64,000 nucleotides of DNA from contig CAWGPQ010000011.1 in the NCBI GenBank assembly GCA_963824495.1, positions 96,001 to 160,000 of the forward strand, given 5' to 3'. The notes under the pieces are model-generated. The model had not been told where the DNA came from, did not search any database, and saw only the letters and a list, made by a program, of their open reading frames with translations. This stretch comes from an uncultured bacterium. GTDB lineage: Bacteria; Babelota; Babeliae; Babelales; Babelaceae. The first letter of the stretch is position 1. Each line of letters starts with the position of its first letter. The position numbers were made by a program, and so were the translations under genes. Shown one piece after another: positions 60,992 to 64,000 of this stretch.

Positions 60992-62491
60992 TCAAAATTG
61001 AGCAATAAATTTGTCAAGCTCATGACGCGACATAACTTCTTGATTACGTGCGATAAGGTTTCCCCGCTCAAAAACAAGCATACAAGGGATCGATGGTACA
61101 ACAAACCGTTCTGCAAGTTCAAGCGATTGGCTTGTATCAACTTTAACGAACTTAACTTTACCCTTGTAGTGGCCAGCAATTGATTCAATAACCGGCAGCA
61201 TTTGCATACATGAAGGACAATAAGGAGCAAAAAAGTCAACAACAACCAGGGGATCAGTACTTGTAACTTCAGCATCAAACTCTGCATTAGACGTAATAGT
61301 TGGTATATCAATCTGTACTTTGCCCTCTTCTGGATCAAAATAATGAGCACTTATCCGATCAATAAACGACTGATTAACATTGTGATTGCGCAAGAATTTC
61401 TCTACATCAAGAGCGGCTTTAATGCCATCACCTGCTGCAACACCTGCTTGACGGTATTCGTTATCGCATACATCGCCGGCAGCAAAAACACCTGGTACCG
61501 ATGTTGCTTGTGATCGATCATGCATAACGATATAACCATATGTATCGCAAGCGACAGCATGTTTGACAAGAGCAGTATTTGGTTCATGGCCTATTGCCAA
61601 AAAGACACCATCAATAGGAAGCATGCGAGCATCTTTATCATTGGTAACAACTTCAATACCTGTCACAGATTTACCATCACCCACAATGTTGGTAATGTGC
61701 GTATTATACAAGACTTTTATGTGCTTATGGTCTTTCAAGCGCTCTTGCATAATAGGTGTTGCCCGCATATGATCTCCGCGTACTAGCAGGGTAATGCTTT
61801 TTGCATAGCCGACCAGTTGTAACGCTTCAGTTACTGCAGAGTCACCACCACCCACGACGACAACATCACAATTTTTATAAAATGGCGCATCGCAAATAGC
61901 GCACGTTGTCACACCTTTGCCCCAATATTCATCTTCACCCGGAACGTCAAGCTTACGAGGATTAGCTCCTGTTGCCAAAATAATAGACAGGGCATAGACA
62001 CGCTTGCCCTCTTCCGTCCATAGAAGAAATGGCCAGGTTGACAAATCTATACGCCCAATAGTATCACTAGCCATACGCACACCGAAACTTATTGCCTGCT
62101 CACGCAAGCCCCTAATCATATCAGTGCCCATCATTTTAGGCAGACCAGGCCAGTTTTCAACTTCCGATGTTTTTGTTAACTGACCACCAGGAGTTTTACC
62201 ATCAAAAGTAACGGTATAGAGATTAAGACGAGCGCAATACAAAGCAGCACTTAATCCCGCTGGCCCCGAGCCGATAATGGCTACGTCAACAATCGGGCTT
62301 TTTCCTAGTGCATTTTTAAGAACATTTTTAGGGTCAATTTCTTTGCTGAGTGTAGTTGGTTGATTACTTTTAGGCAGAACTTCAGTAGTCTGTATATACG
62401 TAGAAGAATACCAATAGTATGCTCCCATAATACCAGTTAGACATATAAATACTGCTATGCCTATAAAAACAATAGATTTTTTATGTATCAT
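60992..62491 (-). CDS. trxB: Thioredoxin reductase-thioredoxin fusion with an N-terminal TM helix
   Basis: IIGSGPAG, GGQL, CAICD, VVGGGDSA, GVFAAGD; C-terminal Trx domain VVDFFAPYCPSC; AGGA RBS before ATG 62491. Confidence 0.92.
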   Translation of the reverse strand: MIHKKSIVFIGIAVFICLTGIMGAYYWYSSTYIQTTEVLPKSNQPTTLSKEIDPKNVLKNALGKSPIVDVAIIGSGPAGLSAALYCARLNLYTVTFDGKTPGGQLTKTSEVENWPGLPKMMGTDMIRGLREQAISFGVRMASDTIGRIDLSTWPFLLWTEEGKRVYALSIILATGANPRKLDVPGEDEYWGKGVTTCAICDAPFYKNCDVVVVGGGDSAVTEALQLVGYAKSITLLVRGDHMRATPIMQERLKDHKHIKVLYNTHITNIVGDGKSVTGIEVVTNDKDARMLPIDGVFLAIGHEPNTALVKHAVACDTYGYIVMHDRSQATSVPGVFAAGDVCDNEYRQAGVAAGDGIKAALDVEKFLRNHNVNQSFIDRISAHYFDPEEGKVQIDIPTITSNAEFDAEVTSTDPLVVVDFFAPYCPSCMQMLPVIESIAGHYKGKVKFVKVDTSQSLELAERFVVPSIPCMLVFERGNLIARNQEVMSRHELDKFIAQF

Positions 62492-62829
62492 AAAGTATCC
62501 TGTAATAATTATCCTATAATAATTTTTTAAAACTTTTAAAGCCTTGCGATTGCGCAAAAAATAGCCTTTGTGTATTAAATAATTACTGTTACATATATTA
62601 AGTATACCACTATTATGGGAAAGCTCAAAACGCATACGCTCTATCTTAATTCTGTCTTACTACAGAGAATAAAAATATTTCTATTTGTTAATCAATAATA
62701 ACTATCTCATCATACACTCTTAGTTTTTAATGAGGTGGTTTTGACAAATCAAGACAAATGGTTATCCTAAAGCAATACAGTTATAACAAGCTTATTTCGT
62801 ATGCTTATAGTAGGGAAAGGCCAAATTTT

Positions 62830-64000
62830 ATGATAGCCCGCTTTTTGCTCGCCCCATTCTTTAATCGAGCACTGCTCAAATATTTTGTGATGACGATCGC
62901 AACAACACTAACGATATCTGTTGGTCTGAGCGCAGAATCTCTCACTATGCCGCTTCAGCCAATTAATGTACAAGACCTACCTCCTGAATTACGTGCAGCA
63001 GGGGAACAGCTCAATGCTCAATTAGCCTTAAACGAGCATTTAAAAACGTGGACTCAACAAATCGATAAGTTACAAGCTCAGTTACAATATCTTGAGCAGG
63101 CCCTTAATAAGGGCACGCTCAAATTTGATAATAGAGATGCCATTATTGCCTGGATTCAAGAGCAACGACAAACGCTGCGCGCGCTCCATAAAGCATCCTT
63201 CTTGGTCCCCAACGAAAAACTATTGCACGATCTATTATCTACCAATAACATAATCTTACATTTAAACAAAAAAGCCCTCGAAAGCAGATTTAGCGAACTC
63301 GTACCCGTTAATGCTGATAGCTTGCTTACACGAAGTCAATTAAGTGACGGCCCTACGCTTGCAACCATCGCAGAGCTTGCAACATCAACAGCTCAATCCC
63401 TTACGGAACTTGATGTGCTCATTAATGACGTTGGCTTAACAACAGCCAACAAAATCTTTAGAAAAATTGACGAATATAACAATGATTATCACGTGGCTAA
63501 AATTGCCCTTGCTGCACCTATCGCCTTCAGTATATTAATAAGAGCACTTCCCGATTGGAGCTGGAAACAATGGATCTCTCATAAAGTATATGGCGAAAAC
63601 AGGCCAGAATGGAATCTTTCGCTATGGCCTATTCCCGGCTTAACCCTCAAGGAATCTGCATCACTTAATGTTGTTGGTATCGCTCAACTCATACAGCAGC
63701 AGACTAATCTTTTTGATGATCGAGCAGCAGATCCAAGTCATAAAGCTAAAATTTTACGAAATCTTGAATCTATAACTCAAAAAGTACTTAAAGCACCACC
63801 CGGTAGCGAAATAGAGAGAGCATCACTTCTTAAAACCTATGCAGATGCTCTTCGTGCTATTTCAGAACATTTGCCCGAGGTAGGACCAGAGGCTCAAGCT
63901 CTAGCATCGAACACTCACATTACACTATTTAGAGTCACAGACAAGATGAATGAGGCAATTGGCGTTCTTCTACAAGAGTCCAACAAAAATGGATCTTCCT
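62830..64000 (+). CDS. Secreted/membrane hypothetical protein (runs off the window end)
   Basis: ATG 62830, open frame with a signal-like N-terminus and helical region; no stop within the window. Confidence 0.7.
   Translation, partial: MIARFLLAPFFNRALLKYFVMTIATTLTISVGLSAESLTMPLQPINVQDLPPELRAAGEQLNAQLALNEHLKTWTQQIDKLQAQLQYLEQALNKGTLKFDNRDAIIAWIQEQRQTLRALHKASFLVPNEKLLHDLLSTNNIILHLNKKALESRFSELVPVNADSLLTRSQLSDGPTLATIAELATSTAQSLTELDVLINDVGLTTANKIFRKIDEYNNDYHVAKIALAAPIAFSILIRALPDWSWKQWISHKVYGENRPEWNLSLWPIPGLTLKESASLNVVGIAQLIQQQTNLFDDRAADPSHKAKILRNLESITQKVLKAPPGSEIERASLLKTYADALRAISEHLPEVGPEAQALASNTHITLFRVTDKMNEAIGVLLQESNKNGSS

Noticed and set aside
62965..63000. VQDLPPEL as an N-terminal F-box in the last ORF
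   Set aside because: The following residues (RAAGEQL) do not fit the xxIxxxL pattern; too short to support

Overview
Bacterial chromosomal segment of roughly 40% GC (judged by eye). The gene content suggests an intracellular parasite of protists from Candidatus Dependentiae/Babelota (TM6); this is an inference. Housekeeping genes (proS, dnaN, recF, ruvC, dnaB, rplI, pepA, ftsW, murD, ileS, a trxB-trx fusion, a Xer-like recombinase) are interleaved with many signal-peptide-bearing candidate effectors. These include about 10 ankyrin-repeat genes or pseudogenes, a helical secreted paralog cluster, a MutS-domain-V protein, S8 and M48-like peptidases, an MVL-like lectin, a J-domain protein and a frameshifted ~1,990-aa protein. 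The most striking unannotated element is at 31.8-35.5 kb: four tandem small secreted-peptide genes with a conserved [WF]QLPxGxG core, three ending in KEEL/KDEL. They are transcribed divergently from a 7-TM sensor fused to a degenerate NtrC-type AAA+ domain and Fis-type HTH, making a candidate peptide-signalling system. Other highlights are a mosaic ankyrin array with an F-box-like C-terminal motif, a recurrent Met at +1 after signal peptides, a candidate sRNA downstream of recF, and pseudopilins next to a Bet/RecT annealase. No rRNA, tRNA, CRISPR array or IS element was recognised.
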